Of a stretch of DNA of 64,000 bases, positions 62,756 through 64,000 are shown piece by piece (positions within the stretch are counted from its first letter, which is position 1; every line of letters starts with the position of its first letter). Source of the DNA: an uncultured Pseudobdellovibrionaceae bacterium (lineage in GTDB: Bacteria > Bdellovibrionota > Bdellovibrionia > Bdellovibrionales > UBA1609); NCBI GenBank assembly GCA_963803705.1, contig CAWDNU010000003.1:224001-288000 (forward strand), written 5' to 3'. Under the pieces are notes generated by a model, which saw only the letters and a list, made by a program, of their open reading frames with translations, had not been told where the DNA came from and did no database searches. The position numbers and the translations under genes were made by a program.

Positions 62756-64000
62756 TTGAGCGCTATACTTTGCCGGAAATGGATTTAATTTGGAGCCTTG
62801 AATCAAGGTTTAACGCTATGATGACTGTAGAAGTTGCAGTGGCCCAAGCACAAGCTGAAGTAGGAATAATTCCAGAAAAAGCCGCTAAAGACATAAAAAA
62901 GAAAGCAAAATTTAGTTTAAAACGTATTCTGGAAATTGAAAAAACCACGAAGCATGATGTGATAGCATTTGTTTCGAACATGGCAGAAAACGTGGGCCCT
63001 TCAGGCAAGTATATACACTATGGACTAACATCGTCTGACGTTATCGACACCGCAGTAAGTCTTCAGATCAAACAGGCTGCGGTTTTGGTTCAGGGTAAAA
63101 TCAAAAACTTAGAAAGTGCTTTAAAAGATCAGATCAAAACCCACGCTGAAACTTTATGTGCTGGTCGCACCCACGGAATGCACGCAGAACCAACCACTTT
63201 TGGAATGAAATTGGCTGGTTTTTTAGCTGAGTTAAAAAGAAATGGAAAACGCTTTAACTCTGCAGTTGACCAATGTGTGATTGGAAAGCTTAGCGGCGCC
63301 GTTGGAACTTACTCAGCCCAAAGTATTGGTGTAGAAAAATCAGTCTGTAAAGAGTTGGGCTTACAACCCGAAACTATAGCTACCCAAGTTATACCTAGGG
63401 ATAGGCACGCAGAGCTGATCTTTTCGATATCCATGTTAGGTGCAGGTCTTGAGCGCTTATCAATTGAACTAAGGCATTTGCAAAGAACTGAAGTTGGAGA
63501 AGTTAGCGAAGGCTTTAGCCCTGGTCAAAAGGGGTCTTCTGCCATGCCTCATAAGAAAAATCCCATTAGCTCTGAAAATATCACTGGTCTATCTAGACTT
63601 CTTCGAGGCTATATGATCTCTGCCCACGAAAATATTAGCCTGTGGCACGAACGTGACATCAGTCACTCTTCTGTAGAGCGGGTGATATTTCCCGACGCAT
63701 TTATTTTAGTGGATTATGCACTTAATCGGATGAGCGGTGTTATAGCAAACTTAGACGTGAATAAAGAAAGAATGATTGAAAATATGAATTTGTCTTCTGG
63801 ACATTTGTTTTCATCTCATATTTTATTGGCCTTGATTGAAAAAGGACTTTCCAGAGAAGAAGCCTATAAATTAGTGCAAAAGCATGCTCACGAACTTAAG
63901 AAAGGACTGAATCTGAAAGACAGTCTACTTGGTGACAAACAGATTTCTTCATTGTTACCCAAAAAACAACTTGAGCAAATTTTTTCAGGTGTTAAACATG
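62752..64000 (+). CDS. purB: Adenylosuccinate lyase, 3'-truncated by the window edge
   Basis: MIERY start, TKHDVIAF, HYGLTSSD, GRTHGMHAEPTTFG, GSSAMPHKKNP, WHERDISHSS. Confidence 0.96.
   Translation, partial: MIERYTLPEMDLIWSLESRFNAMMTVEVAVAQAQAEVGIIPEKAAKDIKKKAKFSLKRILEIEKTTKHDVIAFVSNMAENVGPSGKYIHYGLTSSDVIDTAVSLQIKQAAVLVQGKIKNLESALKDQIKTHAETLCAGRTHGMHAEPTTFGMKLAGFLAELKRNGKRFNSAVDQCVIGKLSGAVGTYSAQSIGVEKSVCKELGLQPETIATQVIPRDRHAELIFSISMLGAGLERLSIELRHLQRTEVGEVSEGFSPGQKGSSAMPHKKNPISSENITGLSRLLRGYMISAHENISLWHERDISHSSVERVIFPDAFILVDYALNRMSGVIANLDVNKERMIENMNLSSGHLFSSHILLALIEKGLSREEAYKLVQKHAHELKKGLNLKDSLLGDKQISSLLPKKQLEQIFSGVKH

Overview
AT-rich bacterial chromosomal window, most likely from a Bdellovibrionota-like organism. 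This is inferred from the vWA lipoprotein, Gly/Ser-rich secreted proteins, a beta-barrel/OmpA fusion and the ftsH-cdaA-cdaR-glmM gene order. The window is mostly housekeeping: sucA-sucB-lpdA, an SPFH/NfeD pair, an orphan rpsN, dps, an LpxL-type acyltransferase, glpX/pgsA/tRNA-Gly, TolC+RND, tilS-ftsH-cdaA-cdaR-glmM, tsaE, a Prx5-Grx/reductase/oxyR module, iscS-mnmA, rnc-era-der, msrA and purM-purN-purB. It also has one ISNCY/IS1202-type transposase and a cluster of frameshifts at about 19.4-22.4 kb that may be assembly error. The most unusual signal is non-coding: three intergenic long palindromes (786-976, 30392-30528, 56756-57014). They share a covarying, bulged hairpin core bounded by AAAA(G)CGAG(T/C)TC...GTAT...GAG(A)CTTTT. 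Their 40-85 bp arms are unique to each locus, and in two copies they mirror the neighbouring host gene end or RBS. Also present are a 125-bp MITE with a 4-bp TSD that rewrote the RND C-terminus, a REP/REPIN-like repeat family, a 40-bp tandem hairpin repeat, a tRNA-Gly with a compensatory A19-U56 pair, and an OmpA-family protein with an unrecognised duplicated Gly/Tyr-rich domain.
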